From contig OX597820.1 in assembly GCA_951406725.2 (NCBI GenBank), positions 117,304,001 to 117,368,000 on the forward strand: a DNA stretch of 64,000 nucleotides, in the 5' to 3' direction. Made by a program: the position numbers and the translations under genes. This DNA is from Octopus vulgaris. Lineage: Eukaryota. Shown piece by piece: positions 1 to 12,254 of this stretch. Numbering within the stretch: position 1 is the stretch's first letter; the number at the start of each line of letters is the position of its first letter. The notes below the pieces were generated by a model. That model was not told the origin of the DNA. It saw only the letters and a list, made by a program, of their open reading frames with translations, and made no database searches.

Positions 1-1200
1 GTCGGGAGACAGACACAAACACACACACACGTACACATACACACATACACACACACGCATTTCCCTCCTCTTTCACTTCACTCTGTCCCTTTTCTTTTTT
101 CTCGTCCCTCCCTAATTCTTCTATCCCTCTGCCTCTACCTCTCTCTCTTCTCTCCCCAGTGACCAGTGTTCAGCCAAGCCTGACCTTTCTTTCTTGGTTC
201 GACTACCATCCATGCAACATCTATATTCCTCCCCATGCATGTCATCTCTTATGTCCCTGCCGTAAGGCTTCACTTCCACACACTTAATTTAAGACTTAAT
301 TTAATTCATCCTTAGTCGAAAGACACCTGTTGTTAATGTCTTGTTGTTTGTAATTATCTACCATTTCTCTGGGGATTTTTTTCCGTCCTTGTTTTCATAT
401 ACATTTGCTTGCTTTCTTCCAAGGAATCTAGTGCTCTTAGCTTAAATTTTCCTTGGGGCTGGCCAGATTGGAGCAATCTTGAGTATAACCAACCGAAACT
501 GCAAAGATAATCTGGAACTCAACTGACGAAAGAAAACTTATATATATACTCATAAAATGGGCTTCTTTCAGTTTCCATCTGCTAAATCCACTCACAAGGA
601 TGTGGTCAATTGAGGGAGGCTATAATAGAAGTCACTTCCCCAAGGTACCGCACTATGGGGATGAACCTGAATCCATGCAGGTGGGAAACAAAGCTCTTAC
701 CACACACCCACACCTGAGAGTCACAACCGAAATTCTACGAGCTTCACTTCAACATAACCAGCTTCAAGACTTCATGTATATTCAAAAATACTTTTAACTG
801 ATCGACATCAAATTTTAGTGGAACGAAAAACTAATTATACTGCAAAATGCATTCGTGTGTATGTGTGTATGCAGTTATGAGTGTATGCTTACGTGTGCAT
901 ATGTCTATAGTTGTGTTTGTGTATGTGTGTGTGTATGACTGTTGTGCTTTATGAATAATTTTCGATTAGAAGTGGTAATTTTAGTTTCCAAAATATTGGT
1001 GTTATTCCCAACATGATGGAAATAAATTTGTTGCTTGTCATGCTTAATAATTTTCGAAGGTTATCCCTTATGAATAACATTTATTATTAACTATTATTAT
1101 TGTTGTTGTTATTGTTATTGTTTTTATTATAAATTTAATTTATACATTTATCTAAAATCTATCTCTCTCACCTCTCTCTCTCTCTGTATATATATATATA

Positions 1201-1430
1201 TACCGGAGTAAACACATAAATGTGAAACAAGGTGGAAAAAAGAGTACTCAAATACCAGGGGTAGAGTAATATGCTTTATTTAAAGCAGCAGAAAATTCAA
1301 CAAAACTTGTTACTCTGAGTTTCCCGTTGCCGTTTGTCGGACAGTTTTTGCAAAAACTGTCCGACAAACGGCAACGGTAAACTCAGAGTAACAGGTTTTG
1401 TTGAATTTTCTGCTGCTTTAAATAAAGCAT
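1201..1430 (-). mobile_element. Non-autonomous PLE pLTR with inverted partial copy (palindrome centred near 1350); degenerate hammerheads
   Basis: 1270-1349 and 1351-1431 are reverse complements. Same family and architecture as 25141-25372. (TA)n flanks. Core degenerated to CCGACAA. Confidence 0.7.
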
Positions 1431-1544
1431 ATATATATATATATATACATTATACTTACATACCTATATGTGTGTGTGTGTATGTATATATGTATATATA
1501 TGTATGTATATACACAACACTTGAATACCTATATGTGTATAGTG

Positions 1545-1880
1545 AAGTCGCATGGCTCAGTGGTTAGAGTGTTGAGCTTACGATCGTGAGGTTGTGAGTT
1601 CGAATCAGAGACCGGACTGCATGTTGTGTTCTTGAGCAAGACACTTGATTTCACGTTGCTCCAGTTCACTCAGCTGTAGAAATGAGTTGCAATGTCACTG
1701 GTGCCAAACTGTATTGGCCCCTTTGCCTTTCCCTTGGATAACACTGGTGGCATGGAGAGGGGAGGCCGGTATGCATGGGCGACTGCTGGTCTTCCATAAA
1801 CAACCTTGCCCGGACTTGTGCCTGGGATGGTAACTTTCCAGGTGCAATGCTATGGTCAGTCATGACCAAAGGGGGTCTCA
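1545..1880 (+). mobile_element. tRNA-derived SINE (family D); shorter minus copy at 7295-7570
   Basis: A box TGGCTCAGTGG, B box GAGTTCGAATC, CORE-like ttcttgagcaagacactt, shared tail. Confidence 0.75.
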
Positions 1881-1892
1881 GATATGTATATA

Positions 1893-1936
<44 letters not shown>

Positions 1937-1938
<2 letters not shown>

Positions 1939-2333
1939 CGCAGGAGTGGCTGTGTGGTATGTAGCTTGCTTACCAACCACATGGTTCTGGGTTCAGTTCC
2001 ACTGCGTGACACCTTGGGAAAGTGTCTTCTACTATAGCCTTGGGCTGACCAAAGCCTTGTGAGTGGATTTGGCAGACGGAAACTGAAAGAAGCCCATCGT
2101 ATATATGTATATATATATGTATAGGTATATATCTGTGTTTGTCCCCCCAACATTGCTTGACAACTGACGCTGCTGTCTTTGCATCCCTGTAACTTAGCGG
2201 TTCGGCGAAAGAGACCGATAGAATAAGTACTAGGCTTACAAAGAATAAGTCCTGGGGTCAATTTTCTAGACTAAAGGCGGTGCTCCAGCATGGCCGCAGT
2301 CAAATGACTGAAACAAGTAAAAGAGTAAAAGAG
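1937..2333 (+). mobile_element. tRNA-derived SINE family A, full length
   Basis: Head ggcgcaggagtggctgtgtgg...ggttcagt, CORE-like ccttgggcaagtgtctt, internal TA/TG microsatellite, tail ccagcatggccgcagtcaaatgactgaaacaagtaaaagag. More than 20 full or partial copies in the window. Confidence 0.85.
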
Positions 2334-2338
2334 ATAGC

Positions 2339-2718
2339 ATAAGTTACAGGAACATAAAAACACCAACACCGATTATCAAGCAATAGTAGAGGACAAATGA
2401 GCAACAGAGACTCCACGGCTCCATCCTTCGAAATGACTAAACATGAACTGCCATTGGAACTTACGCACCGTGTACAGGAAACCTTTTTTACCACTTCTTT
2501 ACACCATTTTCCTCGAATAATGGAACCACAACTACTTTCATTCTCTTATTTCCCTCTATTTTATTCCCTACCGTTTCCACAATTTGAACTCAAATATTTT
2601 CTCACACAGTCTCTGATGAGGGGATATCCACAATATCCCAGAAACAGCTGTAAGACTATTTCATTATAAATGTCCTGAAAACCCCTCACAGCTTTGGATT
2701 TATCTCATTCTGTCTAAT
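2339..2718 (+). mobile_element. Penelope-like element 3' fragment (degenerate ORF end plus pLTR)
   Basis: Weak similarity to a PLE C-terminus (RVQETFFTTSL) followed by a clear minimal hammerhead and a (TA)-rich flank. Confidence 0.5.
2608..2657 (+). ncRNA. Minimal type-I hammerhead ribozyme
   Basis: agtct-CTGATGA-g gggatat ccaca atatccc a-GAAA-cagctg-TA-agact: stem I 5 bp, stem II 7 bp (closing pair mismatched), palindromic stem III. Confidence 0.8.
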
Positions 2719-2894
2719 ATATATGTATATATATTCTTTTATATGTTTCAGCCCTAAGGGTATGGCCATAAATATTTACATATATATTTATATATATTTA
2801 TATACATACATAGATATAGATTTATATATATATATATACATACATAGATATAGATATAGGTATATATATACATAGATATAATATATAGATATAT

Positions 2895-2959
<65 letters not shown>

Positions 2960-3136
2960 ACCTCATGTGTACCGTTGATTTTTTTCTTCTGTCTTCCCTT
3001 CTCTTGATCTTTCTATGTTTTCGATAAAGAGCTCCGCTCAAAACGTTAAACCCTCCTTCTTTCCTGAGCATCCAATAATACTATATTTGTTCCACGGCCT
3101 CACATTGTTGTGTTTTTTGTGCTTTCTTGTTTGGAT

Positions 3137-3444
<308 letters not shown>

Positions 3445-3580
3445 ATGTTACATTACTCGGTAGTCAAGATAAAACTCTGAGTTTCAGATGCCGAAGTGGA
3501 AATCCACAACACCATCTCTTCGGTTATCTAGCTATTTGAAAACGTTATGAAAAAATACCGTTAAAAATGAAGGGAAATTA

Positions 3581-4135
3581 CTCAATAGACACAATTTAAA
3601 AATTAGTTTTAGTTCAACTACCAATTTTAAAAACATAATCAATCATAACATACAAAAAACACAAGAAGAAAACAGCTGTTCATGCAGGAATAAAGAATTG
3701 TGCCCGCAAAATGGAGCTTGCATGTCCAAGACCATCATATATGAAGCTACCGTAAACTCTATAACCACTAAAGACACCGTTTCGACGAAGAAATACGTGG
3801 GCCTGACAGAGGGTAATTTCAAGGCCAGGTTCAATAACCACACTTTGAGCTTTAGGCACTGGAACAAAAGAAAAGCAACACAATTATCCAATCATATTTG
3901 GTCTTTAAGAGATAAAGGTGTCGATTATAACATACAATGGAAGATTTTGGCCAGATGTAAGCCCTATACTAACGGCAGCGGAAGGTGCGGTTTATGCGAC
4001 ATGGAGAGATGGCTTATCTGGAAAAGCAGCTTAGACCCTACCACATGTCTAAATACAAGGACAGAGCTTTTCGGATCATGCCCACATGTGACTAAATTTC
4101 TGTTACGTTTTTGGTCCCCTAAAGAAAACGGATAG
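3581..4135 (+). CDS. GIY-YIG endonuclease C-terminal region of the Penelope-like ORF (5'-truncated, no RT)
   Basis: Open frame LNRHNLKISFSSTTNFKNIINHN...CSCRNKELCPQNGAC...IIYEATV...YVGLTEGNFKARFNNH...T.LS.HIW.L...I.WKIL...PY...CGLCDME...LNTRTELF..CPH. The CxCx5C linker plus GIY-YIG variant (IIY/YVG) is typical of Naiad PLEs. Confidence 0.85.
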   Translation, partial: LNRHNLKISFSSTTNFKNIINHNIQKTQEENSCSCRNKELCPQNGACMSKTIIYEATVNSITTKDTVSTKKYVGLTEGNFKARFNNHTLSFRHWNKRKATQLSNHIWSLRDKGVDYNIQWKILARCKPYTNGSGRCGLCDMERWLIWKSSLDPTTCLNTRTELFGSCPHVTKFLLRFWSPKENG

Positions 4136-4330
4136 AACATGCTTTCTGTGTTATGTCCCAAGAAGATTTTATATATTTTCATATATTTTTATATATTTTT
4201 ATGTATTTTTATATAATTTTTATGACGAAAAATGCGAGCGATGTATAAGTACGCAGGCAAAGCAGAGTTATAACAGAGTAATTTCCCTTCATTTTTAACG
4301 GTATTTTTTCATAACGTTTTCAAATAGCCA

Positions 4331-4391
4331 GATAACCGAAGAGATGGTGTTGTGGATTTCCACTTCGGCATCTGAAACTCAGAGTTTTATC
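4331..4391 (+). ncRNA. Hammerhead-like ribozyme motif in the Naiad pLTR (inverted copy at 3468-3528)
   Basis: gataa-CCGAAGA-gatg...catc-t-GAAA-ctc a gag-TT-ttatc: stem I gataa/ttatc, long stem II, minimal stem III; core has U4C. Confidence 0.6.
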
Positions 4392-4487
4392 TTGACTACC
4401 GAGTAATGTAACATATTGTATAGAGAATTTCCTCTATTTACATAATATTGAGGTCTCTTTCTTTCTTTTGTTATCTTACCGTTTTAT

Positions 4488-4519
<32 letters not shown>

Positions 4520-4529
<10 letters not shown>

Positions 4530-4880
4530 TTAGAGACAAAACCACTATTATGCAAATCAAACAAAGACAGACTTAATCCAATACATAAAAAATTTTATAT
4601 AAATTAAATAAAATTAAGATATCCACTACGATCGTTTCTTGTCACTTCTAAGTTAATGATGAATGTCCTTAGAAGTGACAAGAAACGATCGTAGTGGATA
4701 TCTTAATTATATTTAATTTATATAAAATTTTTTATGTATTGGATTAAGTCTTTCTTTGTTTGATTTGCATAATAGTGGTTTTGTCTCTAATTAATATTAT
4801 ATTATATTTTACTATAAAATTAGTTTCAATCTTAAATCTGATTTTTCCCTGTAAATTTGGATTTATTCCCTAATATTTAT

Positions 4881-4885
<5 letters not shown>
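4520..4885 (+). mobile_element. PLE pLTR with inverted partial copy; hammerhead truncated at its 5' end
   Basis: About 130-bp inverted arms (4524-4652 vs 4668-4795). TGATGA-atgtc...gacaa-GAAA-cgatcg-TA-gtgga at 4657-4698. (TA)n flanks. Confidence 0.7.
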
Positions 4886-4924
<39 letters not shown>

Positions 4925-4925
<1 letters not shown>

Positions 4926-5140
4926 GATCGCCATGTTGATTCGCTAGCTTCTGCACGCATTTTTTTCTCTCCTTATTTCTTTCCGTGTTTCTTTTCTGTG
5001 TATCTTTCTGTTGAAGAGCGTAGGCTCGAAACGTAAAAGACTTGTTTTATTTATATTCCTGAGCGCAATACTAATACAATTGTTTGTTTGTACTCCACCT
5101 GCCTTCGTCTTTTGTTTATTTTCATAAAGCTTCCCGTTAT
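4925..5140 (+). mobile_element. PLE pLTR fragment with hammerhead-like motif (5003-5040)
   Basis: tcttt-CTGTTGA-a-gagc gtag gctc-GAAA-cg-TA-aaaga. Homologous to the minus-strand copy at 33063-33260. Confidence 0.65.
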
Positions 5141-5653
5141 TATATATATATACGCACATATATATATATGCATACATATATATCATCATCATCATCATTT
5201 AATGTCTGCTTTCCATGTTAGCATGGGTTGGATGATTTGACTGAGGTCTGGCGAACCAGACTCCAATCTGATCTGGCAGAGTTTCTAAAGCTGGATGCCT
5301 TTCCTAACACCAACCACTCCGAGAGTATATGTGGTTAACGTTTTGGACTCGCGATTGCAAGATCATGGTTTCAATTCCTAGACCGGGTGGTGTGTTGGGT
5401 TTTTGAGCAAACGCACTCATGTTGCTCTGCTATCACTTCAATGCCTGACGCATGGCACACAGTGCCCCTGTTCAGACAACATCGATTTGATGGAGAGAAA
5501 GTGAGCTAATTGTGCAGCACGAACATTTGATCACCAGAAACAATTCATTTGTCCAGGTCGCTCGGCAAATGTTGAATGCTCATTCATTGTCTTTGAACGA
5601 AGAGTCCATCATCATCATCTATATATATATGTATATATATATGTGTGTATATA

Positions 5654-5712
<59 letters not shown>

Positions 5713-6159
5713 ATGTATGTATAATGTATATATTCTTTTACTTTTTTTACTTGTTTCAGTCATTTGACTGTGGCCATGCTGGAGTACCACCTTTTAGTCA
5801 AAGAGGAGCTGGCATTGACTACGATCAGATGGTGCTTTTTACATGTCACCGGCATGGAAGCCATTCAAGGCGGCACTGGCATCAGCCATGTTCAGATGGT
5901 GCTTTTTATGTGCTACAGGCACGGGGGTCACAGCTACAATTTCCATTTGATTTGATTTTGATATTGCTGATGCTGATGTTGATCTATTTGACTCAGTAGG
6001 TCTCCTTGATGGGTTTCTTTCAGTTTCTTTCTACCAAATCCACTCACAAGGTTTTGGTCAGCACAAGGCTATAGTAGAAGATACTTCTTCAAGGTGTCAC
6101 ACAGTGGGACTGAACCTGGAACCATGTCGTTTTGAAAATAAACTTCCTACATACATGAC

Positions 6160-6350
6160 ATATATGACCTCGTGTGTACCGTTGGCGATTTTTTTTTCCT
6201 CTGTCTTCCCTTCTCTGGATCTTTCCTTCTCCTATGTTTCCGACGAAGAGCTCCGCTCGAAACGTTAAACCCCTCTTCTTTCCTGAGCATCCAATAATAC
6301 TATATTTGTTCCACGTCCTCGCGTTGTTGTGTTTTTTTTGTTTGGATTAA

Positions 6351-6352
<2 letters not shown>
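6160..6352 (+). mobile_element. PLE pLTR fragment with hammerhead-like motif (6236-6270); second, more degenerate copy at 2955-3140
   Basis: gttt-CCGACGA-a-gagc tcc gctc-GAAA-cg-TT-aaac. The two copies align along their length. Confidence 0.6.
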
Positions 6353-6413
<61 letters not shown>

Positions 6414-6421
<8 letters not shown>

Positions 6422-6668
6422 ATTTAGGTTACCTAGGAGATACCACCACGCTGGAAATAGCAGTCAAAACCTGACTCTAAAACCACATTAAATGTTCATA
6501 CAACACCAGGTTTTAGAATCAGGTTTTGACTGCTATTTCCAGCATGTTGGTATCTCTTAGATACCCTAAATTATAATTTTAATAATAATTATTACCTTTG
6601 AAAGTTTTTATTCCCATGATGGCCATTTGATAGCATCGATATTTAAATTAACGATCTTATCCTTCTAT
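6414..6668 (+). repeat. Inverted-arm element between TA tracts (probable PLE pLTR with inverted partial copy)
   Basis: 6414-6484 and 6509-6580 are imperfect reverse complements. Same architecture at 23055-23296. No hammerhead core recognised. Confidence 0.4.
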
Positions 6669-6678
6669 ATATACTCAC

Positions 6679-7158
6679 TTTTACTTTTTAACTCATTTCA
6701 GTCACGCAGCTTCGGTCATGCTGGAGCACCACTGTGGTCCTTCTGATATCCTCAGTCTAAGGTGTTTCACATCACTACTCTTGTATGTGCCTCTGTCCCA
6801 GCTGTTGGTCCATTTGGTGTATGAAGGAGTCTCATTCCACTGCTCTCATCTGCATCTCATATCAGGCTGTTGGTTCATACGTTATTGTAGAGAGGAGGAT
6901 GTCTGGTTCTTTTTGAAAACATCTACTTCCACCTTATACAGACTTCTTAATTTTTGTAGCAGGGCATTGAAGAGCTGTGGGCCTTTGAAACTTAGGCTAT
7001 TGCAGTGCCTGATCCTGAATTTAGATGGAGTGGAGGGTACCTTTGTTACAATACAACGGCAGCCAATTCCAGCATTTGTGTAACACTCAATGACAAAATT
7101 AAGTACTAGCCCTTCTATAGTTTTCCATATATAGATTATTGCATATCTCTGATGCTTA
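6679..7158 (-). mobile_element. CR1-group LINE 3' end (ORF2 C-terminus plus 3' tail)
   Basis: [18 protein letters not shown]...CNSLSFKGPQLFNAL...LR.L...VDVFKK, followed by the tail ggtgctccagcatg...tgactgaaa...taaaag. Confidence 0.7.
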
Positions 7159-7587
7159 TACACACACACACACACATAATGTATATACAGATATATACAT
7201 ATATGCATACACACACACATACATATATACATGTGTATTTATGTATATATATATATATATATATATTTATGTATATATATATATATATATAGGAAGGAGG
7301 CCCCTTTGGTCATGAATGATCATGGGATTGCACCTAGAAAGTTACCCTCCGAGGCACAAGTCCGAGCAAGGTTGTTGTCCAAGGGAAAGGCAAAGGCCGA
7401 TACAGCTTGGTACCAGTGATGTCACAAACCATTTTGTACAGCTGAGTTAACTGGAACAACGTGAAATAAAGTATCTTGCTCAAGAACACAACACGCAGTC
7501 TGGTCTGGGAATCGAACTCACAACCTCACGATCATAAGCTTGACACTCTAATCACTGAGCCATGCACCTTCATGTATATATATATAT

Positions 7588-7992
7588 CTCTTTTACTCTT
7601 TTACTTGTTTCAGTCATTTGACTGCGGCCATGCTGGAGCACCGCCTTTAGTTGAGCAAATCAACCCCAGGACTTATTCTTTGTAAGCCCAGTACTTATTC
7701 TATCAGTCTCTTTTGCCGAACCGCTAAGTTACGGGGATGTAAACACACCAGCATCGGTTGTCAAGCAATGCTAGGGGGACAAACACAGACACACAAACAC
7801 ACACACATACATATATATATACATATATACAACAGGCTTCTTTCAGTTTCCGTCTATCAAATCCACTCACAAAGCATTGGTCAGCCCGGGGATATAGCAG
7901 AAGACACTTGCTCAAGATGCCACGCAGTGGGACTGAACCCGGAACCATGTGGTTGGTTAGCAAGCTACTTACCACACAGCCACTCCTGCGCC
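7588..7992 (-). mobile_element. SINE family A
   Basis: Reverse complement of 1937-2333. Confidence 0.85.
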
Positions 7993-9611
7993 TATATATG
8001 TATATATATTTTTTTTTTACATGTTGTGTTGAAAACGGAAAAATAAAATGTTCGAAATATTTTTTTAAATGTTATCAAATGGAAACTAGTTTTGAAAAAC
8101 TAGGTTAACAATGCAAAAAATATTTATCTCAGTAAAAGTAAAAAAGTAGTTTTTAAAAATTTACGCTTAGAATTACTTGCTGACACACCATTCCTTATTT
8201 AATGTTCCAGTTCTTAATGTTCTGAGTTCAAATCTAACCTGGGCTAATTTTTCATTTTGGTCTCTCAGGGTTTGAAAAAGAATTAGTACCAGCCTTGTAC
8301 ACAAAGAAGTAGAATGGTGAGGAAAGACTGTGTGGTAAGAAGCATGCTTCCCGATCACGTAGGTCTGGGTTCAGTCCCACTGCATGGCATCTTAGGCAAG
8401 TGTCTTCTACTTTCACCTCACACCAACCAAAACCTTGTGATGGAAACTGAAAGAACCCCAATCATATGTGTGTATGTGTGTGCATCTTTGAGTCTCTGTT
8501 TATCCCCCACAACTGTTTCATAAGTGGTGTTAGTGTGTTTATGTCCCTGTAACTTAGTGGTTTAGCAAAACGAGACTGATTGAATAAGTAATGAGCCTAA
8601 ACTTGACTAAAATTCTTCTAGGGGGTGCCCCAGCATGGCCACAGTCCAATGACTGAAACAAGTAAAATGATAAAAGATAACAGGTGGTGGGGGTGTATGT
8701 GGGTGGGTGGGGGCTCAAATGTGATTCTTTGTGATAATGTAGAAACGAATGTTACAATATTTCTGAAAAAGAACCAGGTCAGTGCAACCTATTGATGCAA
8801 ATGCAAAAATATTTTTTTTTAATTAACGAGATAAAAAAAAAATGGAAAATAAAGTTATATTGAGAAGTAAGTTTCTTTGAGATGTGATGATCCGAATTCT
8901 TTAGAAGATAAGAGAAATGAAGGGAAACTATTTAAAGAAGAAAATCAAAACCAGGAATATTCTTTTTAAATCAATAAGACAGAAATTTAACATCTCGTTA
9001 ACACCCAGTAACACCCTACATAAAAAACTGTTACTTAATAATGATGTTTAAACTGGAAAGTTTTATCATAACTAATGTGTGTGTGTGTGTTTGTGCGTGC
9101 ATGTGTGTGGGTGTGTGCATGTGTGTATAAATCCATAGATAAAAAAGAGGGAGAAAAGAGGAGGAAAATTCTATCTACAGAGATATTCTAATTAAGAGAC
9201 AACTCCTATCACAGGACTTTAATTAAAAACTTTTCACTCTAAATAAGTATGAAGATTCTGAAGAATTCTTTCGTTGCTTCCATATGAATGTTTGACTTCT
9301 TTTTATTTCCTATTCTGGCAGAAGACCAATTATCTTGGCAGAGACTGGAGCAAGAGTCACCTCTAACTATTCTCCTCCAAAATATATTCTTAATTAATCA
9401 TTTTATCTTTTATCTTTGGCTTGTTTCAGTCATTAGGCTATGGCCATGCTGGAGCACTGCCAAATAGAATGTTTAGTTGAAGGAATCAAAACCCACTGCT
9501 TATTTTTTTTACTGGACCACTAAGTCACAGGGATGTAAACACACCAGCACCGGTTATCAAGTGGTGATGGTGGGAAACAAACAGACACAAAGACACACAC
9601 ATACATATATA

Positions 9612-9665
<54 letters not shown>

Positions 9666-9890
9666 GAGGGAATATTATTCCAAACTTACAGGGAAAAATT
9701 CAATTTAGAAATACTAAATCAAATTTCACAAAATATAATATATATATAAATTAGAAAAAATTATTTTGCACATTACTTAGTCATTGTTATATGTTTTATT
9801 GTATATTTAATCTTTCTATAATATGTAATTTTTCTAAATGGTATAATTTAATTTTTCAATATAGAAGTGATAAAAGGTTTTTTTTTTCTA

Positions 9891-9933
<43 letters not shown>

Positions 9934-11446
9934 GCTTCTTTCAGTTTCCATCTACCAAATCCACTCACAAGGCTTTGGTCAGCCTTGAGACTATAGAAGA
10001 TACTTGCCCAAGGTGCCATGCAGTGGGACTGAACCCAAAACCATGTGGTTGGGAAGCAAGCTTCTTACCACACAGCCATGCCAGCACTTATGTCTATATT
10101 TTATTTTTGTTGATGTGACTCTGAAAAGATAGAAAACATGTTTGACTGTGGTAAGATTTGAACTTGCAATTTAGAATCTTTTTTTGCCTTTGTAATAATT
10201 TGGCTGTCATTGGAACCACAAGATGTCATGCAATATTTGTTCCAGTTCTTAGGCAGCAAGCTGGCAGAAACGTTAACACGCTGGGCAAAATGATTAGCTG
10301 TATTCCATCTGTTTTTATGTTCTGAGTTCAAATTCCACCAAGGTCGACTTTGCTTTTTCATCCTTTCTGGGTCAATAGATTAAGTACCAATTACATATTG
10401 GAGGTGATCTAATTGACTGGCCCCCTCCCCCAAAATTTCAGGTCTTGTGCCTGGAGTAGAAAAGAATATTTGTTCCAGTTCCCTCGCTCCTAAGAGGAAA
10501 TTTTGCTGAAATCAACTTTAACTTCCAACCTTGTGAAATCAATAAATGAAATACCAGTCATTTACTTGGGTTCATTTGGTGTATCTTCTGTCCCACCTCC
10601 AATGTCTCTCTCCTGATCAGCTACCTAAAATCTGCTTTTATATGACTGGGCCATTGGCAGAATCTGCTAAAGCAGGGGCCGATTGGCCATGCCGTGACTC
10701 TAGATTTCCCTTTTTAACAAATTAGTCAGAAAAGGTAAAGGCAAGACAGATTCACCTGTATTGAGGATTGGTGTTTACAGTGAAAGTGTAAGAGGGTGTG
10801 GGGTAGAGTAGAGGCGACAGAGAGAGACAAGCATTTGTGTAGGCCTGCCTGGCTGAAGAAGTTATGTAGGTCCCTGATTCAGGGTAACATAAGCTCTTGT
10901 AGTAGAGATAATGAAAATGGAAGTTTTAGTGTTAAATAGTCATCATCATCATCATCATCATCATTTAACACGTTTCCCATGTTGACATGCAAGACAAAAG
11001 CTTTCAACTGAGAGAATTTGAGATCCCTTGCTCTGCATTGGCAAGAATGCTTATCATAGCTAAACATCCAATTTTGCTGCTGCTGGCATGGATTAAGCAG
11101 TCCAACAGGAACCCACAAGCCAGAAGACTGCACCAAGCTCCAACATCTGCCTTGGCATGGTTTCTACAGCCGAACGCCCTTCCTAATGCCAATCATTGAA
11201 GAGAGTGTCCTGGGTGCGTTTTTTTCAGTGGCACAAGTGAGGTCTCCAAGTAACTCACAAGACAAGACCCCACTCAACTGAGGCAGAGGGTTTAAGCCAG
11301 GTAATTAGAGGTTTAGAGTATAACAGAGGGACAGAAATGGGGGTCAGCTTGTAGGGGAGATACACAGTGTTGGTAAACATGAATAGTTACCAATCAGGTT
11401 GGTGGCCTACATTCCTTAAATACATGAGAACATTCCCGGGGTATTA

Positions 11447-11620
11447 TTCTATATTTAAGAGATGAGGAATTATTTACATTTGACAGATATTTGTCCTCAT
11501 CTTGTTTGTTGTTAACACGTTTTGGCTGATATACCCTCCAGCCTTCTTCAGGTGTCTTGGGGAAATTATGAACCTGGGTTCTCATTCGTAAGGTATTTTT
11601 CAATGTTATTATTATTATCA

Positions 11621-11691
<71 letters not shown>

Positions 11692-11951
11692 CATTATTAT
11701 TATCATCATTATGGTGTAGTGGTTAAGAGTGCATGCTACTAACCCCAAGATTCTGAGTTCAATTCCAGGCAGTGACCTGAATAACAACAACAACAACAAC
11801 ATTGAAAAATACCTTAGGAATGAGAACCCATGTTCAAAATTTCCCCAAGACACCTGATGAAGGCTGGAGGATATATCAGCCGAAACGTTGTGTTTACAAC
11901 AAACAAGATGAGGACAAATATCCGTCAAATGTAAATAATGTAAATAATTCC
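11447..11951. mobile_element. Head-to-head pair of hammerhead-bearing repeats; the + copy has a tRNA-like head
   Basis: Minus copy 11447-11607, (AAT)n spacer, then + copy 11712-11951 with A box TGGTGTAGTGG and B box GAGTTCAATTCC followed by a hammerhead. Flanks attcccggggtattat / attcccagggggttattat resemble a TSD. Confidence 0.75.
11850..11893 (+). ncRNA. Minimal type-I hammerhead ribozyme
   Basis: acac-CTGATGA-a-ggctg gaggatatat cagcc-GAAA-cg-TT-gtgt; intact core, PLE-type CG stem III. Confidence 0.8.
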
Positions 11952-12050
11952 CAGGGGGTTATTATAAGTTTTGCAGAGAGTTAACAGTTGTGTAAGTCCA
12001 AATTAGTTTTGTGCAGTGAAAGTATTATCATCTTTATATATATATATACA

Positions 12051-12223
12051 GGCGCAGGAGTGGCTGTGAGGTAAGTAGCTTGCTAACCAACCACATGGTT
12101 CCGGGTTCAGTCCCACTGCGTGGCGCCTTGGGCAAGTGTTTTCTACTATAGCCTCGGGCCGACCAAAGCCTTGTGAGTGGATTTGGTAGATGGAAACTGA
12201 AAGAAGCCCGTCGTATATATGTG

Positions 12224-12254
<31 letters not shown>

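Noticed and set aside
3548-4135. Selenocysteine recoding as reported for some Naiad elements
   Set aside because: No in-frame TGA in 3581-4135; the TGA at 3548 lies in the inverted pLTR.
11712-11780. tRNA genes (also at 1545, 5330, 30897 and 62360)
   Set aside because: A/B boxes are present, but the cloverleafs are broken and they run into repeat bodies; these are SINE heads.
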